64,000 nt of DNA, from positions 188,265-252,264 of the forward strand of contig DASZXC010000008.1 in NCBI GenBank assembly GCA_035546035.1, in the 5' to 3' direction. The stretch comes from Minisyncoccota bacterium (lineage in GTDB: Bacteria; Patescibacteriota; Minisyncoccia; Phycocordibacterales; UBA6065). The notes below the pieces were generated by a model. It saw only the letters and a program-made list of their open reading frames with translations, was not told where the DNA came from and made no database searches. Below are positions 9,711 through 18,798 of this stretch, piece by piece. The position numbers and the translations under genes were made by a program. How positions within the stretch are numbered: position 1 is the stretch's first letter; every line of letters begins with the position of its first letter.

Positions 9711-11042
9711 CTATTCCGCGACAAACGATATCTTCTTGTCCTTGTAGCAGAGCCTGCTCCGCAGATTCGCCAAAAGCTCTCGCTTCTCCGATACGCTTCC
9801 TTCACGCAGGAGGTATTTGGCATACTCTCTCGTATTGATCTCGGTCTCGTCGATGGTCTGCTTTTTGACCGATTTGGTCGCAAGTCTCTGGAGGACGTTG
9901 TATCGCTTGATCTCCTCTTCGAGCTTCATCCTCATGCCGAGTTCGTTTAAGCTCACCTTGTCCATGATCTTGAGGAGCTCGTCTATTAGCTCCTCCTCGC
10001 GGATGTACTTGTTCTTGCAATTTCGGTCTCGCGCTCGGGAACATCCGTAGTATATGTATTTTTGGGACGTACCGTTTTTGAGTAGTTTCCACTTCTCTTC
10101 GGCCGATATACCCGACTGACAGTATCCGCAGGTGAAGAGCTTGGTGAAGGCGAACTCCTTGTTCTCTCGCACGATCTTGTCGCGCTTCAGCTGTTCCTGC
10201 GCCTTGTCGAAGAGGTCTTTGGTGATGATGGGCTCGTGCTTGCCCGTGTACCAGTTGCCGCTATTTCGTGGACGCTCGAAGATGCCGTAATAGAAGGGGT
10301 TTTGGATGATGCGGTATACGCCTGAGAGAGTGAGAGGCTTGTTGCCTCGGGTATAGAAGTTAAGCTCGAAGCGGAGCCAGTTATATATCTTCCGTCCGCT
10401 CCATTGCTCGAAGGCAACCTTTTCATACATCTTCTTTATGATCGGCGCACGGACGGGGTCGATAATGACCTGGCACTTCTTGTCCATGAGCTTTTGATTG
10501 AGGTACCCAAGTGGCGCTGTGCCTGCCCATAATCCCATCTCGGCTCGGGTGCGGAGGCCGCGCTTCACGTTGATGCCTCGGTTGTCGTTTTCAAGCTTTG
10601 CCTGCCCGCAGAGGATCATGAGCATGAACTTGTCGTTCGGGCTATTCGAGAACCTCTGACTGAACGTCCTGATATCCTGAAGCAAGCTCGCATCCATGAG
10701 GTCTACGATGCGGCCGAGGTCGCCTGCGTTTCGAGAAATGCGGTCAGGAGCCCATGTCAGTATTCCATTATACTTCCCAAGCTTGAGTTCCTCGATGATC
10801 TCGTTGAATACGGGCCTCTGGCCAGTCTCCTTGGCCGAGTGCGATTCGCGTTTCATCTCGACGATCTCGAGGCCGTCTCGCTCGGCTAATTGGAGCATCT
10901 CCTTGATCTGACTATCAATCGACAGGATCTGACGCTCCTCGGATTCCGTCGACTTCCTGGCATACAGACAATATTTCACTTTCACGGGGACCGCTACTTT
11001 GGCCAGGGTCCCTAATGGCGCTTGGGCTATATTGTTATTCAT
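9711..11042 (-). CDS. Large serine recombinase
   Basis: YARKST catalytic Ser, DRISRN, recombinase domain, Zn ribbon CGYC...YYGC...C. Confidence 0.93.
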   Translation of the reverse strand: MNNNIAQAPLGTLAKVAVPVKVKYCLYARKSTESEERQILSIDSQIKEMLQLAERDGLEIVEMKRESHSAKETGQRPVFNEIIEELKLGKYNGILTWAPDRISRNAGDLGRIVDLMDASLLQDIRTFSQRFSNSPNDKFMLMILCGQAKLENDNRGINVKRGLRTRAEMGLWAGTAPLGYLNQKLMDKKCQVIIDPVRAPIIKKMYEKVAFEQWSGRKIYNWLRFELNFYTRGNKPLTLSGVYRIIQNPFYYGIFERPRNSGNWYTGKHEPIITKDLFDKAQEQLKRDKIVRENKEFAFTKLFTCGYCQSGISAEEKWKLLKNGTSQKYIYYGCSRARDRNCKNKYIREEELIDELLKIMDKVSLNELGMRMKLEEEIKRYNVLQRLATKSVKKQTIDETEINTREYAKYLLREGSVSEKRELLANLRSRLCYKDKKISFVAE

Positions 11043-11069
11043 ACATCACAAGGAATGACGCAACGCGCC

Positions 11070-11432
11070 CTAGGAGTCCAGAGCATCCCGAGAGCTAGTT
11101 GTTGGTAACTCGAAGAGATTAAAATCCTCGATTTCTTTCCTGTATTCGTCCATATCGCGCACCACTTTCTTGTATATCTCCGAAACCCGCTTCAGCCTCT
11201 CTTCGCTGGAGACCGAGTTGCTATCAAGGAGAAAATCCACAGCATCGTCGTCGACGAACGTGGCAAGAGAGATATAGCATGCGGCGAGAAAGCTCATGCG
11301 CTCCTTGATGCTTCGCTTAAGGTCGCTTTTCGGCTCGGAGAGGAGCGAGAGCTTATTCAATGTCATGCTCCTTGGCGGTTTGCCGTATCGCATATGTTCT
11401 GTGGCCTTTATAACTGCTTCGATGTCGTCCAC
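11070..11432 (-). CDS. Hypothetical protein
   Basis: 120-aa ORF sharing an upstream motif with the recombinase gene. Confidence 0.55.
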   Translation of the reverse strand: MDDIEAVIKATEHMRYGKPPRSMTLNKLSLLSEPKSDLKRSIKERMSFLAACYISLATFVDDDAVDFLLDSNSVSSEERLKRVSEIYKKVVRDMDEYRKEIEDFNLFELPTTSSRDALDS

Positions 11433-11524
11433 GCATCAAGGAATGACGCCGATTGGGGCGGAAGTCCAGACCTGATTCCGTGTGCTACACTTTTAATGTA
11501 AAGGCAATTGCAGCCAACAAGTCT

Positions 11525-12139
11525 ATGGAATCCTTCTCAAAAGTCATCAACGGAATGCTGGCGATATCTATCGTTCCGTTCATCATGCTCAATGTCTTGG
11601 GAAGCATAGTAAGTACCATTTGGCTTTTGTTTCTCGGCGAATGGCGGCTTGTCGTGATGGGTGTGATCTTCATATTGATCTCGTCGTTTGTCATTTCGAT
11701 ACTCCTCCTTCCAACCATGGGCTTCATGTACCTCATCCTAAAATCGCTTGAGAAAAACAGGAGGGTCTTGGTCGCCATTGTAGGTTGGCTGAATCTCACA
11801 TACACGCATGTGATTGGCCTGGTGTGGACGATAGGAATTTTCATACTGATGTTCAACATCGCTGGAGACGGGAATGTCTTTCCGTATCTGCTCTTCGGAT
11901 ACGGATTAGCGACGGGCCCATACGCGTACATGGCTTCGAAAGAGGATCGAGAAGCGACTGGCTCGCACATGACTGTTTGGCTCTTACAATTTGCATATGC
12001 GCTCCTTTTCCTTTTCTACTACGTCAGCTCGACGCTCATAGCCCTCCCGATCATCCTTATCGTCACTCTCTTGGTCGAGATATGGCTTCTGAAGATTGGT
12101 ATGATCTATCACAAATTGGATACTCAACATGCGCAATAA
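11525..12139 (+). CDS. Multi-pass membrane protein
   Basis: About six hydrophobic segments. Confidence 0.7.
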   Translation: MESFSKVINGMLAISIVPFIMLNVLGSIVSTIWLLFLGEWRLVVMGVIFILISSFVISILLLPTMGFMYLILKSLEKNRRVLVAIVGWLNLTYTHVIGLVWTIGIFILMFNIAGDGNVFPYLLFGYGLATGPYAYMASKEDREATGSHMTVWLLQFAYALLFLFYYVSSTLIALPIILIVTLLVEIWLLKIGMIYHKLDTQHAQ

Positions 12140-12428
12140 AGGCTATTCAGGAACGCTCTCGACCGTTTCCGGCATAATGCTCCTGGCTGCTATTCCGTTC
12201 GGCTGGCCGTATTTCTATTTCCAGTTACTCAGATGGGTAGTGTGCACAACTGCGATAGTGAACGCGTACGAGGCGAATAAGAAGCAGAGGAGGAGATGGG
12301 TCTTCATCATGGCGGGAATCGCCGTGCTCTTCAATCCGATCGCGCCGATATTCCTGAGCCGGGGCGTCTGGGCAATTATCGACCTGGCCGCCGCTGTCTG
12401 CATGTTCGTGATCCTCGATAACGAATAG
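12129..12428 (+). CDS. Small membrane protein (DUF6804-like)
   Basis: WPYFYFQLLRWVV...VLFNPIAPIFLSRGVWAIID. Confidence 0.7.
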   Translation: MRNKGYSGTLSTVSGIMLLAAIPFGWPYFYFQLLRWVVCTTAIVNAYEANKKQRRRWVFIMAGIAVLFNPIAPIFLSRGVWAIIDLAAAVCMFVILDNE

Positions 12429-12433
12429 ATCGA

Positions 12434-13529
<1,096 letters not shown>

Positions 13530-13880
13530 ATGAACGACCTAGACATTCCCATATTCAAGAAATCCTATAATCTCTACAAAGATTTCTATGCTCTCCGCCT
13601 ATCGGTGCCGAAGCAAGATCGCTATACTCTCTGGCAGAAATGCGAGAGTCTACTCGTTGAAGTGCTCGAAGGCATCCTTTTCGCGAGCCAACAGTCGAAA
13701 TTGGAGAAATTACCGACTTTGGAGAAGACGAGTGTCAAACTGAACTTTCTCCGCGTCTGTATCCGTCTCATGAAGGACATCAAGGCAATCGATTCCAAGA
13801 AGTACATCGTGATCGAGGCGAATCTCGATGAGATCGGAAGAATGCTCGGAGGCTGGATAAAATCCACGAAGGGACTCTAA
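13530..13880 (+). CDS. avd: DGR accessory variability determinant (four-helix bundle)
   Basis: IPIFKKSY...PKQDRYTL...LDEIGRMLGGWIK; lies between RT and TR. Confidence 0.9.
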   Translation: MNDLDIPIFKKSYNLYKDFYALRLSVPKQDRYTLWQKCESLLVEVLEGILFASQQSKLEKLPTLEKTSVKLNFLRVCIRLMKDIKAIDSKKYIVIEANLDEIGRMLGGWIKSTKGL

Positions 13881-13881
13881 C

Positions 13882-13907
13882 AGAAAACCCACATATGTGG
13901 GTTTTCT
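13882..13907. terminator. Perfect 26-bp palindrome between convergent avd and TR RNA
   Basis: AGAAAACCCACATATGTGGGTTTTCT. Confidence 0.7.
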
Positions 13908-13926
13908 CGGGATAGAGCTATGACTG

Positions 13927-14041
13927 CCGGGCAGCCGACACGCCGATGTTGCCATTGTGGTTGTCGTCGTTCCAGTTGTTGACGTTGAGACCCTTGGAAT
14001 CGAAGTTGCCGACGTTGACACGATTGCCGTCCGAGTCGAGA
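13927..14041 (-). ncRNA. DGR template repeat (TR)
   Basis: 115-nt ungapped match to 14402-14516 with 17 mismatches, all at minus-strand adenines of this copy; AAC-rich. Confidence 0.96.
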
Positions 14042-14298
14042 TATTGCCCGTTTCCGTCCATGACACCGAGATTTGAGGTTTACTACCTTTGCAGGTCTAT
14101 ATCCTCTCATCTCTGAATTTTATTCGAGAGTAGCTTTCGTCTGAAAGCACCTCCTCTAGAAACGGGCAAGAAGTTCTCTCTATCCTCAAATCGCGCTCTG
14201 CCGTAATCCATAGACTACTAGCACTCTGGCGACACCAAAAAGGTGAGATATCTCGCGAACTTGAACCGTGATCCAAGCTACATGAGCAAGATGCGGAT

Positions 14299-14307
14299 AT
14301 GATACCA
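14299..14307 (-). promoter_or_regulatory. Extended -10 promoter candidate for TR RNA
   Basis: Minus-strand TGG-TATCAT just downstream of the target-gene terminator. Confidence 0.5.
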
Positions 14308-14322
14308 AATTTTTATAAAAAA

Positions 14323-14354
14323 GAGGCTTCGCAAAAAAATTTTCGCGAAGCCTC
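14323..14354 (-). terminator. Intrinsic terminator after DGR target gene
   Basis: GAGGCTTCGC/GCGAAGCCTC stem followed by a T-run on the minus strand. Confidence 0.75.
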
Positions 14355-14392
14355 AAGGATTCAAGAGGGACAAGCCCTCAAGGGATCAAGAA

Positions 14393-15199
14393 TCACTGCT
14401 TCCGGGCAGCCGACACGCCGATGTGGCCATGGTGGAGGCCGTCGCTCCAGTCGCCGACGTTGAGACCCTCGGAATCGAAGCCGCCGACGCGGACACGACC
14501 GCCGCCCGAGTCGAGACTGGAAGTCCGAACGTAGACGTCTTCGAAGAGTCGGACACCACGAACCTCGAAATAGGTCGTGATGAACCAGCTCATCTCGGCG
14601 GCGTTCGGCACAATCTCGACTTTGGACAGGAGCTTGGTCTGCTCCTTCCACGTTTTGTTGGTCGAATTCGAGACGGGCGTCTTCTTGATGGCCATCCATC
14701 CCGACGACGTTTTGTCCTCGCGAGCGAACGTCTCCTTGTCTTCGGCATACCATCCGCCCGACTTCGAGTAGAAGTGGGCTGACTGGATCTCCCGAATATC
14801 GAGTGTCGACAGTGCCGTGGGCGGTGCGGGGATGACGGCGTAGCCGTTCTCCTTGCACCACGTGAGCACTTCTTCCGACGGCAGACTTTCGGCGAGGGCC
14901 GTGATCTGTTCGTCGGTGTAGACGATCCCTTTGCGAGCCTTGGCGACTTCCTCCGGCGTGATGAAATCCTCGCCGAGGATTGACTGTGCCAGTGCGTAGT
15001 CGGGTGCTTTGGCCGAGAAGCGACGGATGCCCTGTGCAAGATACGCGGCGAAGCCGGCATTCTCGTTCAGGCGTTGTGCGCTGTCGTCGTCGAGGTTTGC
15101 TTTGTCATATGCAGACCCGACGGTGGACATGAACTTGAGACCTTTGGGGTCCCGATGCGTAACGGTAACAGACGGGGACAATGGTTTCATTGGCGACAT
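14393..15199 (-). CDS. DGR target protein (probable C-terminal CLec-fold variable domain)
   Basis: C-terminus ...RVRVGGFDSEGLNVGDWSDGLHHGHIGVSAARKQ is encoded by the VR. Confidence 0.92.
   Translation of the reverse strand: MSPMKPLSPSVTVTHRDPKGLKFMSTVGSAYDKANLDDDSAQRLNENAGFAAYLAQGIRRFSAKAPDYALAQSILGEDFITPEEVAKARKGIVYTDEQITALAESLPSEEVLTWCKENGYAVIPAPPTALSTLDIREIQSAHFYSKSGGWYAEDKETFAREDKTSSGWMAIKKTPVSNSTNKTWKEQTKLLSKVEIVPNAAEMSWFITTYFEVRGVRLFEDVYVRTSSLDSGGGRVRVGGFDSEGLNVGDWSDGLHHGHIGVSAARKQ
14402..14516 (-). repeat. DGR variable repeat (VR)
   Basis: Adenine-specific divergence from TR; at the 3' end of the target gene. Confidence 0.96.
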
Positions 15200-15309
15200 C
15201 TTCTAGGTTTGCCGAAAACGTTCGGTACGACTTGCCTCAGTTGAGACGAGCTCTTTGGTGCCTAAGGATATAGGCCGCAAAAAGCTCGTCTCAAACAGTG
15301 ATTTTGTAT

Positions 15310-15401
15310 CAAAGAACTTATCCGATGAACCAACAAATTTCTTTGCGGGTTCAATAGGATGCCGTACGAATACGGCACAGAGAGTATTTAGCCAGACTCT
15401 C
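15310..15401 (-). ncRNA. Three-hairpin + boxA-like motif, copy A
   Basis: GAGAGT-CTGGCTAAAT-ACTCTC; TGCCGTA-TTCG-TACGGCA; bulged long hairpin; GTTCTTTG. Confidence 0.75.
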
Positions 15402-15412
15402 AAGAAACTGGT

Positions 15413-15712
15413 TTACATGAAGCCCTCGATTCCGCCTTCTTCCACTTCGCGGAAACGATCTCGAAAGACCTTCATCTGCGCCTTGCCTTCGGGTGTTTTC
15501 AGATGATCCTCGGCCACAATGAATTCCATCGTAGCCTGGGAACAGTCGGGACAGGAGCGCAGGTGAGCGAGGAAGGCCTCCTGCTGTTCTTCGGAGGCGA
15601 GCTCGTTCATTAGGTTAATGTGATCGACCGAATGGAGGCACGGACCTACTGGATTTTTAGGGGAGAAGCAGATTGCCTCAATGAGCTTCTTCTCCATTGA
15701 TTCGGAGAGCAT
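15413..15712 (-). CDS. Small protein with HxxxCxxC (ZAS anti-sigma-like) motif
   Basis: FLAHLRSCPDC. Confidence 0.6.
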   Translation of the reverse strand: MLSESMEKKLIEAICFSPKNPVGPCLHSVDHINLMNELASEEQQEAFLAHLRSCPDCSQATMEFIVAEDHLKTPEGKAQMKVFRDRFREVEEGGIEGFM

Positions 15713-15718
15713 GGGTTT

Positions 15719-15820
15719 GAAAGAGCGACTCTACAGATCAACAACGTCGTGTTGCGGATCTGATTGAGTAGAGAAGGTTTTTAAGCTTCTCTATTTGGAT
15801 GGCGTTTGCAGGTAACCATC
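15719..15820 (-). ncRNA. Three-hairpin + boxA-like motif, copy B
   Basis: GATGG..CCATC; TAGAGAAG..CTTCTCTA; ACTC-AATCAGATC-CGCAAC..GTTGT-TGATCTG-TA-GAGT; CGCTCTTTC. Confidence 0.75.
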
Positions 15821-15827
15821 TCATTAC

Positions 15828-16244
15828 CTATGAACGTTCTCCCTCGGCGAATGGCTTGTTAGCCTTTGCCGCTTGGTAGGCCTTACGATAAGGTATGCCT
15901 TTCCACGAGTTATGGAAGAACTGGACAAGCCCTGGTGCGTTGAGTTCGGACTCGACCATATTCTGGTTGAGCCTTCGAACCGACTTCAGGGTAGCCATGA
16001 CACGGCGAGTAGCATCGTATACGTCTCGAGGCGAAATCTTCTCAAGATTCTTGGGGAGCGCCGTAACATTCCGTGCATCCTCGCATACGACAATAGGGAC
16101 TCTCACGAGACGTAGGCTGAAGACAAGTCTTTCGCCTGCATCCACGATTCGGTTCGCTTCCGCCCATGCGGCTAGTTCCTTTTCGATCTCGGCAGCTTTT
16201 TGCTTTATGAGCTCATCTGCCGAAACGGTTGTCGTCGTATTCAT
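15828..16244 (-). CDS. Hypothetical protein
   Basis: 138 aa; ATGA overlap with the upstream HTH gene. Confidence 0.65.
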   Translation of the reverse strand: MNTTTTVSADELIKQKAAEIEKELAAWAEANRIVDAGERLVFSLRLVRVPIVVCEDARNVTALPKNLEKISPRDVYDATRRVMATLKSVRRLNQNMVESELNAPGLVQFFHNSWKGIPYRKAYQAAKANKPFAEGERS

Positions 16245-16621
16245 GCTTGCGGTTGCGTTGAGGGTTGTTGACGACGTTTGAGCAGCTCGCGGATTAGCGA
16301 GATGTTCAAAGGCGCTTTCAGTCCTTCGGCTACCGTAAGGAGGAATTTGAGGTCATCGGCTGTCACCGCGATCTCAATATCCGCCTCGTAGCCGGGAACT
16401 CCGTCCATATCGTAGCCACACATGTTGGCGAGCTCAGTTGCTGGCACTCCATACGCCTGCGCAATGCGGGTAAGTTTAGAGCGCTTGATGCACGTATCGC
16501 CTCTTTCCATGCGGTCGATGGTCGTTCGGTTACAACCAATCTCCATTCCCATCTCCTGGCTTGTGAGGCCAAGAGCAGTCCTTTTTGCGGCAAGGAGCGC
16601 GCCGATTTTCTTTTTGTCCAT
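16241..16621 (-). CDS. XRE-family HTH transcriptional regulator
   Basis: IGALLAAKRTALGLTSQEMGMEIGCNRTTIDRMERG. Confidence 0.85.
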   Translation of the reverse strand: MDKKKIGALLAAKRTALGLTSQEMGMEIGCNRTTIDRMERGDTCIKRSKLTRIAQAYGVPATELANMCGYDMDGVPGYEADIEIAVTADDLKFLLTVAEGLKAPLNISLIRELLKRRQQPSTQPQA

Positions 16622-16626
16622 AAAAT

Positions 16627-16729
16627 CAAAGAGCTGTGACTCTATAGATCAACGACACCATGTCGCGGATCTAATGGAGTGGACGATATTTTATAATCGT
16701 CCATTTGGAGAGTATTTAACCAGACTCTC
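16627..16729 (-). ncRNA. Three-hairpin + boxA-like motif, copy C
   Basis: GAGAGT-CTGGTTAAAT-ACTCTC; TGGACGAT..ATCGTCCA; ACTC-CATTAGATC-CGCGACA..TGTCGT-TGATCTA-TA-GAGT; CAGCTCTTTG. Confidence 0.78.
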
Positions 16730-16731
16730 AA

Positions 16732-17187
16732 TTAACTGAAACGGGAAACGCCCGTCATCGACCGATTTGGCGGCGAAGCGACAGCCTCGATTTCGGCTTG
16801 GTAGCCGAGGCTCGTGAGAGCCCACCGAAGATCCTTTGCGGCATCCGCCACCATCTGGCGCGAATTCTGCTTGAGAAGCTTGGTGTCGATGTGCTGGATC
16901 GTCACCGTCGTGGTCTCGCGCCCGACGCGCACCATGGCCCACACCAGATCGGGTCCTTTGCTGGTCTCACCAAGGACCAGATAGAGATACTCAATGGTGT
17001 CGTCGTCAACGAAGCGATGGCGATTTTCATAGCCCTTCGATTCGATGATGTGGCGAGCGGTCTCGAGCGCCATCCTCCGCTCGTTCCGACGGCGTTTGAT
17101 CGCGCTCAGCCAGAAGCCTCCGAAGAGGGCGACGATGGTGAACGTCCACACACCGAGGATGAGGAGAATTGAAGTCATTGGTTTCAT
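16732..17187 (-). CDS. Membrane-anchored hypothetical protein
   Basis: Start moved to ATG 17187 (MKPMTSILLILG..., TM helix) because the upstream in-frame stretch is structured RNA. Confidence 0.6.
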   Translation of the reverse strand: MKPMTSILLILGVWTFTIVALFGGFWLSAIKRRRNERRMALETARHIIESKGYENRHRFVDDDTIEYLYLVLGETSKGPDLVWAMVRVGRETTTVTIQHIDTKLLKQNSRQMVADAAKDLRWALTSLGYQAEIEAVASPPNRSMTGVSRFS

Positions 17188-17286
17188 AAGTAAGTTGAGT
17201 TTAGTGAGGAAATCTACGATTCGCTTGGCAACGAGCCAGCAAGTCAATCGCTTCTTTCCTTCCAAACTCAACAAGTCAAAGAACAT

Positions 17287-17337
17287 TCTGTTTCGTCCTT
17301 TTGGACTCGTCAGTCGGGATACGCATCCCGATACAGA
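17287..17337 (-). ncRNA. Type III hammerhead ribozyme
   Basis: UCUGU-A^-UCGGGAU(GCGU)AUCCCGA-CUGACGA-GUCC(AAAA)GGAC-GAA-ACAGA: complete core and three stems. Confidence 0.88.
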
Positions 17338-17408
17338 GACCGGATTGGAGTCTCCGGTGTTTTTGATTCTGTTGCCAAGATGGTTTTCTCCATCTCCGTC
17401 ACATCGTC

Positions 17409-17663
17409 TCAGGGCAATCCCTGGACGATGGCAACTCTGGTTCCCTTTGAAAGAGGGAAACTCAGCGGGCTCCCGTAAACCCCGATAACCCCGTTGCTGC
17501 GCCACTCCGTGAGGCCGTCATGTTCTTCAGACACATGAGGCAGATCCAGATCCGCCTTGATGGCCTCGTTCGAGTCCGCAACACGTGATTTCTTGGGGAG
17601 GGAACCCTTAAAGTCCTTTTGGGACTTGAATGACTTTTTCGTAACGATGATTTTGGTGGTCAT
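17409..17663 (-). CDS. Small hypothetical protein
   Basis: 84-aa ORF filling the gap between two RNA motifs. Confidence 0.55.
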   Translation of the reverse strand: MTTKIIVTKKSFKSQKDFKGSLPKKSRVADSNEAIKADLDLPHVSEEHDGLTEWRSNGVIGVYGSPLSFPLSKGTRVAIVQGLP

Positions 17664-17715
17664 AGGAATAAAAGAGTAAGTATTTATTCCCTTATTCCTA
17701 TGACCGTCTTAAATT

Positions 17716-17821
17716 CAAAGAGCTGTACTTTATGAATCCGCGATATCGCTATCGTGAACTCAATGAAGTGGGGAATCTTGTTTAAGGATTCCCCAATTTG
17801 AGGGTGTTTAACCAGACCCTC
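17716..17821 (-). ncRNA. Three-hairpin + boxA-like motif, copy D
   Basis: GAGGGT-CTGGTTAAAC-ACCCTC; TGGGGAATC..GATTCCCCA; ACTT-CATTGAGTTC-ACGATA..TATCGC-GGATTCA-TA-AAGT; CAGCTCTTTG. Confidence 0.78.
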
Positions 17822-18488
17822 AGTTAACTGGTGAACGGAAGACGAACTTCACCCACTTGAGCTCCGTTTTTAGGCGGTGGCTCTCGAAGTGGAGATGATC
17901 GGCAGTGAGACAGCAGGCGTAGCTCTTGTTCGGTGCATCGCCCTCAGAGCACACGGTCCAATACTCTCCCTCCTTGAGCTCTTCCTCTGGACGACATTCC
18001 GCACCCTTCTTCATATGCTCAGCGAGGCTGATCATATGAGAATAATGCGGGAGTCGCAGGAAGCTCGAGCTCGCGGCGATCTCTACAGCTTCGAACCAAG
18101 TCATTTTCATGGGCTCGGTCGGAAGCCACTGTTCACCCGGCTGAAGGCCGAGGTTCTTGTAGTAGAGCCTGTGCTTGACGATGATGTCCATCACCAGTTT
18201 CTGCGCATCAGTCCAACTGATGAAGAATCCTTCGCTTCGCACCGGCTCCGTGAGGAGCATCGCCTTGTCTCCGAGCGCAAGCCTGACTTTCGCGAGAAAG
18301 TCGCCTTGCGTCGCCTGCTTGAGGAGAGCGCTCGTCCAATCATTGCGACGGAGCGCCATCTCGAGTTCATGTCCCTGGCCTTGGCCCAATACGAACGTGT
18401 CATTCATGACGTGTTTTCCTGGTTTTGCAACGATGTACTTGCGTACGGTGTTGCGTTTTGCCTCTGGCCAACCGACGTGGTTTGCCAT
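17820..18488 (-). CDS. Protein with DUF1566/CLec-like C-terminal domain
   Basis: MTWFEA...RLP...YWT...VKFVFR pattern. Confidence 0.6.
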   Translation of the reverse strand: MANHVGWPEAKRNTVRKYIVAKPGKHVMNDTFVLGQGQGHELEMALRRNDWTSALLKQATQGDFLAKVRLALGDKAMLLTEPVRSEGFFISWTDAQKLVMDIIVKHRLYYKNLGLQPGEQWLPTEPMKMTWFEAVEIAASSSFLRLPHYSHMISLAEHMKKGAECRPEEELKEGEYWTVCSEGDAPNKSYACCLTADHLHFESHRLKTELKWVKFVFRSPVN

Positions 18489-18563
18489 AGCTCCGAAACA
18501 CCTGCATTAGGAGGCTCGGAGCTATGGCAAACGTGGGGCTTATCAAGGTTCTATTCTCATGCA

Positions 18564-18593
18564 ATTATACACCATAATATGGCTCTCTGTCAA
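18564..18593 (-). promoter_or_regulatory. Consensus sigma70 promoter for the leftward operon
   Basis: Minus-strand TTGACA-N18-TATAAT. Confidence 0.75.
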
Positions 18594-18763
18594 GCTCAAT
18601 CGTGCAGGCACCTTTCGACTCTCCAAGAACTAGCCCTCAACCAAGCCACCCCATAGAAATACCCTTAAAAGCCCTAGTTTAAGCCCTTTTTGGGCCATCA
18701 AAATGGCTCTGTTGAGCTGTTGGCAACGGGGCTTCGCAAAGCCCTCCTTTCGAGCTAAGGTAC

Positions 18764-18792
18764 ATGACTGATATTCGCTTTCGGGGTATCAT
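18764..18792 (+). promoter_or_regulatory. Promoter with overlapping inverted repeat (conserved at 31309-31337)
   Basis: ATGACT-N17-TATCAT preceded by AGCTAAGGTAC. Confidence 0.6.
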
Positions 18793-18798
18793 GGTCAA

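Noticed and set aside
13710-14110. Minus-strand ORFs over TR
   Set aside because: Open frames are a by-product of the AAC-rich TR
17188-17505. N-terminal extension of ORF 16732-17505
   Set aside because: Overlaps the hammerhead and the upstream ORF; TM protein plausibly starts at 17187
15310-17821. Repeated intergenic motifs as CRISPR repeats or attC sites
   Set aside because: Sequences diverge and are separated by whole genes; no cas or integron integrase gene; multi-hairpin rather than a single attC stem
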